Positions 36,531 through 49,642 of a DNA stretch of 64,000 bases are shown in pieces. Both the position numbers and the translations under genes were made by a program. The notes beneath the pieces were generated by a model that saw nothing but the letters and a program-made list of their open reading frames with translations, had not been told where the DNA came from and ran no database searches. The number at the start of each line of letters is the position of its first letter. Positions within the stretch are counted from its first letter, which is position 1. Location: assembly GCA_964016885.1 (NCBI GenBank), contig OZ024744.1, positions 100,750,001-100,814,000 on the forward strand. The letters run 5' to 3'. The stretch is from Eledone cirrhosa (taxonomy: Eukaryota).

Positions 36531-37371
36531 TTTTTTTTTTAAAGATCCAGTCGAACCCATGCCAGCTTGGAGAAGTGAACGTAAAAACCGATGATAATAT
36601 GCAAAATATACAAACTTGTGTTAAAAATGTCTAAACAATAAATTGTCTTTCAACATCTTGGTTGTAATCATCCACAAAATCAATAAAAAAACGAGATTTA
36701 GCTAGGAAGCACAAATTTTGACAAAACTTGTGCTTCCTAGTTAAATGTGTATATAATTAATTGTTTCTACGTTAGGCACAAGGCCAGCAATTAACCAGTA
36801 CATTACTGGTACTTTATTTTATCGACCCCGTAAGGATGAAAGGCAAAGTTAACCTCGGCGGATGTCTACTATAGGCACAAAGCCAGTAATTTGGGGGGAA
36901 GGGGAAGTCGATTAAATCGATCCAGTATGTTACTGGTGCTTTATTTTATCAACCCCATAAGGATGAAAGGCAAAGTTAACCTCGGTGGGATTTGAACTCA
37001 AAACGTAAAGGTCCCACAGTTATAGCACGCAACATACAAAAACAAGATGGTGTAAGACAGAACGAAGGAGAGACAAAATAAAAAATCAGTCACAGAATGT
37101 ATGCCAAAAGAGATTTGACTATAAACAACCATCCAGTTATTGAAGCAACCAATCGAAAATTTATAATAAATTGAAGTGAAAAACAAAGGGTGCATGTATT
37201 TTTATTGGCAGCATGACCCTCCCAAAGTATAACATAGTTAATTTCCAAATTAAAAATTAATTTTTAATATTTTTTTTTAATTCTACTATATTACAAAATT
37301 CTGTTATTATGGAAAAAAATTCATAAGAAATTTCTCTAAAACAGATATCTTGAAAGTTACTCATAAAATAA

Positions 37372-38208
37372 GATAACGGGATGGAAGAAGTTCAGGGAAC
37401 TACTGCCACTGCTAACTGCAAAAGGCTTCTCCCTCAAAATGAAAGGCAGACTGTATGATGCATGTATCCAAACAGCAATGTTTTACATGGTAGTGCGACC
37501 TGGGCGCTGAAGGTGGAAGACTTACGTAGATTAGAGAGAAACGAAGCCTGCATGCTCCGATGGATGTGTAACAGTAATATACGTGAACGACAAAGCATAA
37601 ATGAATTGAGAGAGAGACTGAGCATAAGAGGAATCAAATGCTGTGTGCAGGAGAGGCGGTGGCGTTGGTATGGACATGTGATGCGTATGAAGGATGACAG
37701 CTGCATAAAAAGGTGCAGAGCACTAGAAGTTGATGGAAACCGCGGAGTGGGGAGACCCAAGATGACCTGGGATGAGGTGATAAAAGCCGACCTTACCCAA
37801 TTACACCTCTCAAAGGCGATGACACACGACCGTGACCTCTGGCGTCATGCAGTAATACAGAGTACCCGACCTCCCATGGGTACAAGCTGAAGCATATAGA
37901 CAATATGCCCCCACACCCTCCCACTGCAAGGTGGTCATGAAGGTGCCACGGCAAAAAAGCACCCAGCCCACACTGTAAAGTGGACATGTAGGCGCCACGG
38001 AAAAAAAGCACCCAGCACTCACTGTAAATGAGGTTGGTGTTAGGAAGGGCATCCAGCTGTAGAAATCAAGCCAGAATCAGTTCCTGTATGAGCAAGGCAT
38101 GGTCAGCCGACCAGACACTGCCCACAACAGGACAACCCGTCTAACCCAAGCTAGCATGGAAGAACGGACGTAAAACGGTGATGATGATGATGATGATGAT
38201 GATGACGG
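37372..38208 (+). mobile_element. RTE LINE 3' fragment
   Basis: LHGSATWAL...RRWRWYGHVMRM...GRPKMTWDEV, then 3'UTR and (ATG)n. Confidence 0.9.
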
Positions 38209-38869
38209 TGAGCTGAGTGTTAATAGGCCTAATCTATCTGTGAAGACAACATCACTGGTCAGTGTCCTCCGAGAGGGAACTATGCTGGTCAGTAGTACTA
38301 AATGGTCAATATTCTCCCCTTTAGCATTTACTTTACTCTATATATACTATTATATTTTCATGGTAAAGGCTTTACCTCACATAATATCAAATCTATGAGA
38401 TTTTGTTATTATTTATTTTGAGAACAATACCTTAACATAAGTATGACTGGCCAATTACAGCCAGTTTGAACACAAAGAGGTGAGAGAATTCTGGTTGGAT
38501 ACGGCCAATTTAAATGCTAAAGGGCTAAGAGAGTGCTGACCAATATTACTAAAATGTACATACCTATGACAGTACACTTGAACTGCAAACAAAACAACAC
38601 TGTTTAGCAATGCTTATTTTACCTATAAACCCTAATGCCCTGCTCACCATTGCACAGTCATCTCTTTGGCGCATTTGGTGTGAAAATGGTCTCTGAATTT
38701 AAAGACTATATACCCATATCCTCGTCTGACACTTCAACTATGTCCCACTGTCTATTTGTTGAGATATTCCAACCTCAGAACAATTTCTCCCTACTCAATG
38801 TTTTACCACAACTAATCCACCGTAAACTCTTTCAGTCTCCACCTACTGTCCTGCCACTACAGGGCCAGC

Positions 38870-39335
38870 CACCTTCCATGCCATGCTGCTCTCAACGAGG
38901 TCATCAAGTACGGTTTGGATGATGCAGGCTTTCCCACCCAGCTTGAGCTGGCAGAGCTGGACCAAGGGGACGGCAAAAAGCCAAACGGCATCACCATCTT
39001 CCTGTTCTGTGGTGGTAAACCCGTAATCTGGGATGCCACATGCAGCAACACATTTTCCAGCGGCAAACTGGTGCAGTCCGTTACTAACCCAGGCTCTGCT
39101 GCACTTCGTGCTGAGGAGGGTAAACTCTCTAAATATCGGTCACTCTCCAACAGGTTTTGCGATCAAGCCCATAGCAGTGGAGACTTCTGGTGTCCCTTGG
39201 CCCTAGGGTCACCTTCCTACTCACCACTATCGGCACAGAGTCGGCTACCCACAGGTATGAGCCTGGCAAGCTAGAATGGCTCTACCAGAGCATTTCCTTC
39301 ACCATCCTCCGGGGAAATGCTTTCTCTATATTCTG
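38870..39335 (+). mobile_element. CRE-clade non-LTR retrotransposon remnant (restriction-like endonuclease region)
   Basis: GDGKKPNGIT...VIWDATCSNTF...KLSKY...PIAVETSG...WLYQSISFTILRGNA, read across frameshifts. Confidence 0.75.
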
Positions 39336-39771
39336 TCCACTGGGGCCAATGTGCAGGCCCCCATTTACTCATAATAGTGAGAGATGGGGAGAGCTGAAAA
39401 GACGGAGGCAATGACAGTGTGAGTTTGGTTCCTTTGTGTTCAGACCTGGTGTATATATATATATGTTTCGCAGACACACACTCCCCGTAAACACTAATAA
39501 TCTATAATGTCTGGAAATACACATGTCCGGCACTTTTCCTTTTTGTGATATGCCTTGATTATGCACTGCATATTGCCATTGCAGAATGAACCTGCTGACA
39601 GTTCTTTCCTGGAAACCTGATGTGTGCAGATGAGTTGAAGGAGGTTCTTGAAGATGACACCAGGTTGGAAGCAGGGGAAATCCAGACAATACTAAGCTGG
39701 AGGAGGATCTTCATCATGACACTGAATGAGAAGAAGGAGAGGATTAAGCATATTTAAACATAATTTAATCA

Positions 39772-39921
<150 letters not shown>

Positions 39922-40459
39922 TTAAAAAAAACAACATATTACTGAAAAGGTAAAAAAAAAACAAAAGGTAAAAAAAGAAAAGAAAAAAAACATACGACAT
40001 CCTTTGGACTGTTATGTACACTTCCTGGCCCAGTTTAACATATCTATCAATTAATCAATTGAAGCTCCTCAGTATGCTATTTCATGTAACAGGCAATTTG
40101 AGTGATTGATTGGAAGAGTGGTTATTGAACACAGTATTGTCAAATGGTGTTGTATTGATAAAATGGAGCGTCCTATCCACTTTATGAGATAGACAGCTAA
40201 TTGATTTTCAGCCATCAACATAACATAACTAAATCAATAACATCTAGTTTTGGGTTATGTAGAGATGATAAAGAAACTTGTGGTCAATTGATCTGCTAGG
40301 AATAGTAAGATAAAGAAAGGGACTTGTAAGGAGGAATGTAAACAGGTGAGGTGAAGAAAGAAACTAAGATAGGAAATTTGATATTTTACACCATAAGGAT
40401 GAGAAACATGCTGTAAATCAAACAGCAATATCATTGTACAGCTGTGTGATATCTTAATA

Positions 40460-40900
40460 TAATAATAATGAAATTATTGTGTAAAGTGCTCAGGTGCACT
40501 ACAACTCGTCAATATAGTACATAGAATAATACACAAATGCCAGGGAAGTACATGTTTGTATGTGTTAGCTGTAGTGTTGGCGGATCTCGGGAAGCATGGA
40601 GGCCTTAAAGGATGCAGCGTCTTGACAGCTAACAACTGATGCAGGTAGTTTGTTCCATGCTTCAGCAACTCTGAGCGTGAAAAAATGTTTCCGAAAGTCA
40701 TGGGAACTGTGCTGTTTTCTTACTTTGTGGGCATGTCCACGTGTGTTAGACACATGGAAATCGAAAAGGCACTCAGGGTTGTTGTTGGCAACATGGTTAA
40801 CAATTTTGTGGGTGTTTACCAAGTCAGTTGCCAGGCGTCGGAGCTTCAATGAATCCATGCCCAGGGAAGCAAGGCGATCAGAGTATGGTAGATGCCTGTC
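40460..40900 (-). mobile_element. CR1-type LINE 3' end
   Basis: YSDRLASLGMDSLKLRR...TRGH...FFTLRVAEAWNKLP, then 3'UTR and (ATT)n. Confidence 0.88.
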
Positions 40901-40904
40901 TATC

Positions 40905-41592
40905 TATCAACAATATCATTGTAGAGATCTGTGTGATATTTGAATATAAACAGTATGACTAGAGATATTTGTGATATTTTGATATCAACAATATCATTGT
41001 AGAGATCTGTGTGATATCTTAATATAGACAAATATCATTGTAGAGAAGTATGATATTTTAATATGAACAATATTATTGTAGAAGAGATCTGTGTGGCACC
41101 TTAATATAGATAATATCATTATAGAACTGCGATATCTTAATATAGACAATATTATTGTAGAGCTGTTTGATATCTTAATATGGACAATATCATTGTAAAG
41201 AGCTGTGTGATATTTTTAAATGAACAATATCATTGTAGAGATCTGCGTGATATCTTAATATGGACAATATCATTGTAGAGATGTGTGATATCTTAATATG
41301 GACAATGTCATTGTAGAGATGTGTGATATCTTAATATGGACAATATCATTGTAGAGATGTGTGACATCTTAATATGGACAATATCATTGTAGAAATGGGT
41401 GTGATATTTTAATATGAACAATATTGTAAAGAGCTGTGTGATATTTTAATATAGACAATATCATTGTAGAGTTGTGTGATATTTTAATATGAACAGTATC
41501 ATTGTAGAGAAGTGTGATATTTTAATATCAACAATATCATTATAGAACTGATATCTTAATATAGACAATATCATTGTAAACATGTGTGTGAT
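40905..41592. repeat. Degenerate minisatellite, about 40-bp unit
   Basis: caatatcattgtagagatgtgtgatatcttaatatg repeated; one further unit lies left of the CR1 at 40426-40460. Confidence 0.88.
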
Positions 41593-41827
41593 AAAGGCAA
41601 GGAAGTGTTACTATAAGATGTTGAAAATATCTTCACATTGGAACAAACAAAAGGACAATATACAAGTTTTTATTTTTGTCAGTAAAGTAATTAACCCTTA
41701 CACGATTGCATCTATAATGAAATTCACTCTTTTTTAATTAATTAATGAAGAATATAGAGGGATTTACTAAAATTATCAATTATTTCATTACTAAGATAGT
41801 AACTTAATGTAAGGTTCTTATATAAAA

Positions 41828-43214
41828 CTAGCTGAAGTACCCGGCTTTGCCCGAGAGGACTGTTAAGAGAAGACGGATAAAAGAGAAAATGACTGTATTG
41901 GATGTGTTGTCTGGTTTACAGTATGAGGTGAGACAATAATGTGTGAGAGAGAGAGAAAGAAAGAGAGAAAAACAATCATAAAACTTCCTTATTAGGCTGG
42001 GGGAGTAAACTGCTGATTAAATGGTAGCATTTGTCTTGGATTTAAAATGTGAAATAACCATTGTCAGTATGATCTTTTTTGCCTCCAAATGACGACATCT
42101 GAAACACAGCAATATACCACATAACATTGCTTCTGAAGTGTTTAGCTTCGTTAGTATGGTCTGTAAGCAGTATATGGGTTCTCTATCAGTGGAAGTCTGA
42201 CCTTTCCTCCTAAGCAACACATGCCAAGTGTAATATCCATGCAACCAATTGCGACTTTAGGATCATTTCTATAATACTTTGATGAATCATATGAAAACGC
42301 AGTTCTTAACCAGTTTACTCCGACTTGAAGAGTCGTTTGTGCTCGTTGAGTTTGCATCACAACTGTCATTGTATCTTGGTTCATATTGAATCTCTGTTTA
42401 TTGCGATAGTCTTTCTTTTTGCCTTAATCTTTCTGTTTGCCGTCTCATATTGTGAATTAGGTCAATAATAACATGACACTATCCTAAAAAGGTTAAATTA
42501 ATATACATCGTAGATTAATTTCAAATAGTATCAATTTTTTCTGTGTTCTGTAAAATGACTTTATAAAAACTAACGCAATATTGTTAAACATTCAACTGAT
42601 ACTTTGATCTATAGTTAAGTCAATTCTAGACTTTTGTGGGACGTTACTCTGTCTCTCTGAATATCTAACACTTTGATTGTATCGGTCTCTGTATGACAGC
42701 CTCTCCCTCTGTCTCTCTTTCTTTAGATGTGTGTGTGTGTGTGTGCGTGTTCGTTATGTCAGTCGTCACAGAAATGTATGTTTACTCTCACACACTTATA
42801 CTTGTCATTCATCACATATGTGTATGTATGTGTAGATGTGTGTGTGTGTGTGTTTAATTCTCTGTGTATTTGATTAAATATTTACGTGAAGATAATGTGT
42901 ATGCAACTTACTAAGGCCTAACGTACGTAACAAACGCGCAAACACACACACACACTCAGACACAAACACTCATATACAAAATATGATGTCGTCGTCGTGT
43001 TATAAAATGTTGTTTACATATAGTTGACTATAGAAAGATTATTTTAGATAAAATGTTATATTGTTTTAATCCAAATGAAAATAAAAATTACATGTTAATC
43101 CCGGGGTCTAATAGTATTACCTTGTAAAATTTGATTTGATTTGATCAAGCCATTTGAGAATGCATAAGGAAACAGACAAAGAGACAAAGAATTTTATATA
43201 TATATATATATAGA
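41828..43214 (-). mobile_element. Complete non-autonomous Helitron with Rep N-terminal remnant
   Basis: 5' TCTATATATA at 43214; 3' cgggcaaagccgggtacttcagCTAG at 41828; peptide AFSYD...IGCM...GMCCLGGKVRLP; A|T insertion site. Confidence 0.9.
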
Positions 43215-43666
43215 TTATGTTGGAAGATTTTAATTTGAATTGGCAACCTTTGAAACGAGTGTTTTATTTCATAGAACCAGAGCCAGTCTTGGCTGGGTTG
43301 GTAACAAAGATAGTAACTGTCTAAAGGTTCTTATATAAAATTATGATGGAAGATTTTAATTTAAATTCGAAACCTTTAGAATGGGTGGTTTTATTTCATA
43401 GAACCAGAGCTGGTTTTGACCAGGTTGTTAACTAAAGGGTTAATATCCTGTAATTATTTAGCAGTTTATCTATTGACTTCCCCCGTAAGGATGAAAGGCA
43501 AAGCTAACCTTGGTAGGATTTGAACTCAGATCATGAAGGGACGTAACTATAATGCATAGCATGTTGTCTGATGTTCAACTGATACTGCCAATCCACCACC
43601 CTAATAATAATAATACCATGTTGGCATGAAAGGAGAACGGATGGTGATAATGATGAAGACAACAAC

Positions 43667-43718
<52 letters not shown>

Positions 43719-43739
43719 ATGGTGGTAGTAGTAGTAAAG

Positions 43740-44310
43740 TGAAGTCTTTAAAAATAGAAAGCAACGGTATGCACAGAAAAGTTTACAAAGGTTTTTTTTT
43801 CCAAAATATTGAAGACATTAAGGTAAAAAGTCACTCCAGTGACTAAAACAGAGAGAGAGAGAAGCTTAATCTTAGCTATGCAGTATCAGACAATCAGAAT
43901 AATATATCATTAAAAGAAAGTATAGATAAGGAAGAGATACCCCAGTTGCATGTAGAATATATGTGATGAAAGAGATGGTAGCATATGTTGTGGCTTCTGA
44001 ATGTAAGATGTTTGCTCAAACATATAAAAACGGGAGACGTGACAAAGTTACCACAATTTTACATTGGTAAATGTGTAAAAAGTTTGAATTTTGAACATGT
44101 GAAGATGTGGTATGACTACAAACCAGAATGTGTCCTTGAAAACTACCATCTAAAAAGTATTGTGATTGGAACACTTGGGTTGGTGACAGAAAACCCCCAG
44201 AAAAAAACTTAATAGAATCGGAATCCGTCCCAGCATTATGACATTGCAAGAAAAACAACATTTCTGGGAACAGCAAATATCCTGTGAAAAATACTGTCTA
44301 TCTGAGGTTA
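43740..44310 (+). mobile_element. R4/Dong-like non-LTR retrotransposon C-terminal remnant
   Basis: CRICDEK...WYDYKPECVLEN...IVIGTLG...KTTFLGTANIL, with frameshifts. Confidence 0.7.
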
Positions 44311-45807
44311 CATAACTTGACAGGCAGTCAATTAAGTGATCCTGTGTTAATAAGATCATCACTGTGTAAATAAATATGAATGATAATAATATAAGCAAGA
44401 AGTTGAACCTCACAAAGAAGATAACACAGGATCAAGTTGACTGGTGATATGCCATAATACAAAAGACCTGTTGAACAGTACAAACACTGAGACACTAAAA
44501 GTAAATGTGGTGAGTGACCTGAGGCTTCATTGTTGGTGATAAATGGGAAACAATATAGGGTTTGAGTAGACTGTTCACTCTGGACAAGCATATGACAACC
44601 TCTCTAGTGCTGGTGCCACAATAAAGTGCACCCAATGCACTATAAAGTGGTTGTGCTGGTGATATGGTGGTTGGTGTTAGGAAGAGTATCCAGCTGTAGA
44701 AACCAAGTCAAATATGGAACTTGTGAGTAATTTGAGGTCAGTCAGGTTTTGAATTGAAACAACCTATTCAACCCATGTCAGTGTGGAAAGAACATGTAAA
44801 ATGATGATGATGATAATGATGATGATGATAGTGGTGGTGATGATGATGGTGGTGATGATGATGGTGGTGATGATGATGGTGGTGATAGTGATGGTGGTGA
44901 AGCAAACTGGTTTTAAGAAAGGATATTTAGTTTGGAAATTATAAGAAAATATCAAGATGTTAATAACTTGATGGAGAACATTAGAGATGGGTGAAGAAAG
45001 AACAATATCCTAAATAATAATATAGCAGATACATAATTTGATGATAGGAAGAACATCTAACCATAGAGAAATACTTGCTAAAGAAAAGGTTGGGAGGACT
45101 CTTCAGTTATGTCAAAGTCATAGTAACTTCCCTAGTGCTGGTGCCACAATAAAATACACCAGGTAGAACACAGAAACATATGTACTCTCAGGACCTAAAT
45201 AATCGTCCCCGCCACCTGCTTATTAATTTTTCATATTTTTTCCACTCCCTTCCCCTGAAGTTTTGCTAATTTATCTCCAGTGAAATTATATTTTAAGTAG
45301 TAGCATTCCTGCAACAATTGATTTTATTTATACATTAAAAACCATTATTCATGATAAAAAAAAAGTACATTACTAGAAATCCCATATGTTATAAAATAAA
45401 TAGGATGGGTTGGGGATCTCAATATATAAACTAAATGACTAATTCTGGTTTTTAAAAAAAATCAACAGACAACCTAGAAAAAAATTACCCCCCCCCCCCA
45501 CCTTGCTTATTCCACCCCACCCACCCCTTGACCAAGATACCCTCATGGAATGACCAAATGAGGTTTATTTTTCAATATAGTCCGTGGAAAGAAACAATGT
45601 GCAGCTATTAATAAGAAGAGTTGAAATTCATGCATGAAAGATTTCACAGCTCTAACATCCCTCCTTCATAGTCAGCCTATGAACTTTTCAGATGACCCTT
45701 ATATATAATCCCCTGGCCAGTCTGAAAGGCGAGTAGTTCTCTTTGAGTACTGACATGGTCTGTAACGATCTCTCCAACCCTAGCTAGCAAGGAAAATGGA
45801 TGTTAAA

Positions 45808-46545
45808 TAATTGTTTCTACTTTAGGCACAAGGCCGGCAATTACCCAGTGCATTACTGGTACTTTATTTTATCGACCCCGTAAGGATGAAAGGCAAAGTC
45901 AACCTCGGCGGGATTTGAACGCAATCCGTAAAGGGACGTACCTGTGCTGCAAAGCATGGCGTCCGACCCTCAACCAATACTGCCAATCCACCACCCTTGG
46001 GTGGATGTTAAATAATGGTTTCTGATTTAGGTACAAGGCCAACAATTTTTGGGGGAGGAAAAGTCGATTAAATCAACCCCAGTGCATTACTGGTGCTTTA
46101 TTTTATCAACCCCGTAAGAATGATAGGCAAAGCTAACCTCGGTGGGATTTGAACTCAGAACGTAAAGAACTGTAACTATTTGCTGCAAAACATATTGTCC
46201 GATGGTCTAACATTGTTTACATAATTGTTTCTACTTTTGGCACAGGGGCAGCAATTATTCCAGTACATTACTGGTACTTTATTTTATCAACCCCTGTAAG
46301 GATGAAAGGTAAAGTTAACCATGGCAGGATTTGATAAATAATTGTTTCTACTTTTGGCACAAGGCCAGCAATTATCCCAGTACATTACTGGTACTTTATT
46401 TTATCGACCCCGTAAGGATGAAAGGCAAAGTTAACCTCGGCGGGATTTGAACTCAGAATGGCAAGGGCCGTAACTCTATACGTCAAAGCATGGCGTCCGA
46501 CCCTCTACCGATACTGCCAATTCACCGCCAGGATTTGATAAATAA
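45808..46545 (-). mobile_element. Cluster of four Deu-SINE copies
   Basis: Repeated family sequence; TSDs ggatgttaaataat and caggatttgataaataat. Confidence 0.85.
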
Positions 46546-46586
46546 TGATAATGATAACAACACTTCAATTCATTTAATTTACATAC

Positions 46587-46783
46587 TCTCCTGTAACTTC
46601 TCCAATCTTATATGCATCCTTCCAAATATGACCCTGTAACTGTTTCAGTGGTGTACTTTTACGGTTCTCTGACATCTGCCACCCAACATTCTCAATAACA
46701 TTTTCAATTATGACACTTTTCTCAGCATCTGCGTCTGAAATTGCTATAACGCCACTAACTTTTGATTCTTTATCTTCTTTTGC
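46587..46783 (-). CDS. ENOPH1: ENOPH1 coding exon 3 (AKEDKESK...VGWQMSENRKSTPLKQLQGHIWKDAYKIGEVTG-E)
   Basis: Acceptor ttttgtttcttgcag, donor gtatgt, 197 bp, phase 0/2. Contains the WQMSxxRKxTxLKQLQGHxW signature. Confidence 0.96.
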
Positions 46784-46811
46784 CTGCAAGAAACAAAACA
46801 AAATTTAAGTC

Positions 46812-47008
46812 AGCAGGAAATCCCAGTGGAAGGGAACCACAGTAAAGGACGACCTAGGAAGACCTGGGCAGAGGTTGTTAGAGCTGATCGCAAATCACTA
46901 AGACTGGCAAAGGAGATGTCAAAGGAATGTGACATGTGGAGAGATGCCATGCTGAGAAGGACCCCTTCCAACTCATGCAAGCATGGACAAGCGGACATAA
47001 AAACGATA
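46812..47008 (+). mobile_element. RTE 3' fragment abutting the ENOPH1 exon 3 acceptor region
   Basis: VEGNHSKGRPRKTWAEVV; related copy at 57462-57655 (minus). Confidence 0.75.
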
Positions 47009-47204
47009 ATAATTGTTTCTACTTTTGGCACAAGGCCAGCAATTATCCCAGTGTATTACTGGTACTTTATTTTATCGACCCCCGTAAGGATGAAAGGCAA
47101 AGTTAACCTCGGCGGGATTTGAACGCAATCCGTAAAGGGACGTACCTGTGCTGCAAAGCATGGCGTCCGACCCTCTACCGATACTGCCAATAATGATGAT
47201 GATT

Positions 47205-47550
47205 CCTATTAATACTTCTTCTTTGCCCGGTTATTCCTGGGAACGTCGTGGGGGCAAAGTCCTCAAACACTCCTTCCAGCAGGTCCTGTCAGAAGCAACC
47301 GTCTCCAACTGATCCGGCTGCATCCCCAAGCAAGACCAGCCAAGCTCATGGATGTTATCTAACCATTTTGATCGGGGTCTACCCCTAGGTCTCCTGCCAG
47401 TTGGTTTTGCCTGTAAAATCTGTCCAGTGATTCTTTCCTGAGACATTCTAACCACATGTCAATAGTATCGGAGCTGTAATCTCTCAATTAGGAGAAGAAG
47501 CAGCTCTACTTGGAGTGACTCTCTGATCTCCAAAGATCTATTGAGTAAGG
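47205..47550 (-). mobile_element. RTE-like LINE 3' fragment, another family; related copy at 49330-49615
   Basis: QLRYY.HVVRM...PTGRRPRGRPRSKWLDNI. Confidence 0.75.
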
Positions 47551-47646
47551 TTACTCCAAAGACCCTTTGGAGGAACCCCATTTCAGCTCATCAATACAAC
47601 TTTGGTATTTTTCCCATAAAAGGAAATGAATTGAACTAAAAGATTG

Positions 47647-47844
47647 CCATATATACTCAAATATAAGCTGAAGAATATGTGAAAAAAAAAAACCCATGGT
47701 AAAATACAAGATGGGTGTGGGGCGGTGGCTAATATTCACCATCTAAACATAATGCTTCGGCTTATAAACGTGTTTGGATTTTTGCCAATTTCTCAGGTGA
47801 GTCAGATAATATTCAGATCAGCTTATATTCAAATATATATGGTA
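47647..47844. mobile_element. Tigger-like MITE
   Basis: ccatatatactcaaatataagctga / tcagcttatattcaaatatatatgg terminal inverted match. Confidence 0.65.
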
Positions 47845-49175
47845 TATTTGGATCAAAGATATTAGCCCCAAGTAAAACCTGCTATATTTTAATCCTTTTG
47901 ATACCAAAAACAACTGAACCACCCTTAGTTCTAAAATACAAAACTGTTTATTTTAAAGTGTTTATATTTATCTAAAGATTTTCCATCATGATTTTATGTA
48001 AAACCTTTTGTTAACCCTTTAGTATTTATACCGCCCATATCTGGCCAAAATTCTCTCACCTCTTTCTATTCAGACCAGCCGTAACTGGCCACTCATACCA
48101 ATGCTAAGATTTTGTTCTCAAAATAAATAACATCAAAATTTCATAGATTCAATATTATGTGAGGTAAAGCCTTTACTACAAAAATACAATAGTATATTTC
48201 GAGTAATGTAAATGTTAAAGAGAGAGAGAGACAGCTCACACCTATGCAGGTTTAGCTGGCCTCCTCCAAAGTATATCTCGTTGGAGGTGTCTTGGGTAAT
48301 TTTAATGATAGGGACCCCAGTCCTATCATCTCATTTCTACAGCTGAGTAAATTGGAGCAACGTGAAATAAAGTGTCTTGCTCAAGGAAACAACACATCAC
48401 CCGCTCCGAGAATTGAACTCACAATCTTTCGATTGCAAGCCGGGGTTAAGTTATATTCCACACACCAAACTCTTGATTAATTTCAAAGTTATTCAGAAAT
48501 CACAAACAATGTCCTTTCATCAAAAATATGGTAACAAAAATCTGAAAAATTGCAAATTTTGTTGAAAACAATGGTGAAACCAAAAAAGAGAAAAGAAAAA
48601 AAGAAAAGAAAATAAAGTATATATTATTGTATTTGACTTAATCCTTTAAGCATTTAAACCGGCCATAATTCTCTCACCTCTTTCTGTTCAAACTTGCTGT
48701 AACCAGTCACTCATACCAATGTTAAGGTGTTGTTATCAAAATAAATAAAATCAAAATCTCATAGATTCAATATTATGCGAGATAAAGCCTTTACCACGAA
48801 AATACATGGTATTTATTTTGAGAACAATACTATAACCCTTTAGCATTTACATTACTCTCTATATACTATAAGGCCTTATCCCACATAATATAGAATTTGA
48901 CATTTTGATATTATTTATTTTGACAATAAATTAACATCAGTATGAGTGGCTAGTTAGAGCTGGTTTAAACAGAAGGAAGTGAGAGAATTCTGGCCAGATG
49001 CAGCCGGTTTAAATGCTAAAGGGTTAAAGAATAAGGAATTGGTAACTGAGTTAGTGTTGCAAATGTTTATTTCAAGTGAAATGTCAGTTACTAAATGTCA
49101 GATCTGAATCCAATTCCATTCACAACAACTGTATGAAATACAACCAACATGATTATCAATTTAAAATGTCCTTAC

Positions 49176-49277
49176 CAACTGTCTCAGTGACTTAATATCA
49201 GCTGAACAACCATCTTCATCAAAGTGTGTTTCCAGATATTTCTTTAAGTTATTTGTTACATATGGGAACAGAGTGTC
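49176..49277 (-). CDS. ENOPH1: Enolase-phosphatase E1, coding exon 2 (DTLFPYVTNNLKKYLETHFDEDGCSADIKSLRQL)
   Basis: Acceptor ttttattttacag, donor gtaag, 102 bp, phase 0/0. Translation resembles human ENOPH1 [34 protein letters not shown]. Confidence 0.95.
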
Positions 49278-49642
49278 CTGTAAAATAAAAAAAAATATAT
49301 ATATTTCTCACCATCACCTTCACCACCACCTCCGCCACCTCCTCCTTTACTCGCGTATCCCTGATCGGGTCATAGAGTCAGAGTCCTCAAGTATGTCTTC
49401 CAACAGGTCCTGTCAGAAGCAAACATTTTCAACTGATCCAGCCTTATCCCCAAGCGAGACCAGCCAAGCTCATGGATGTTATCTAACTATCTTGCTCGGG
49501 CGTTTACCCCTGGGTCTCCTCCCCGGGTTGATTTTGCCCGTAAAACCTGTCCAGCAATTCTTTTCTGAGACATTCTGACCACATGCCCATAGTATCAGAA
49601 CTGTGATCTCTCAATTTAACATCTTAATTCTAAAAACTTTAA

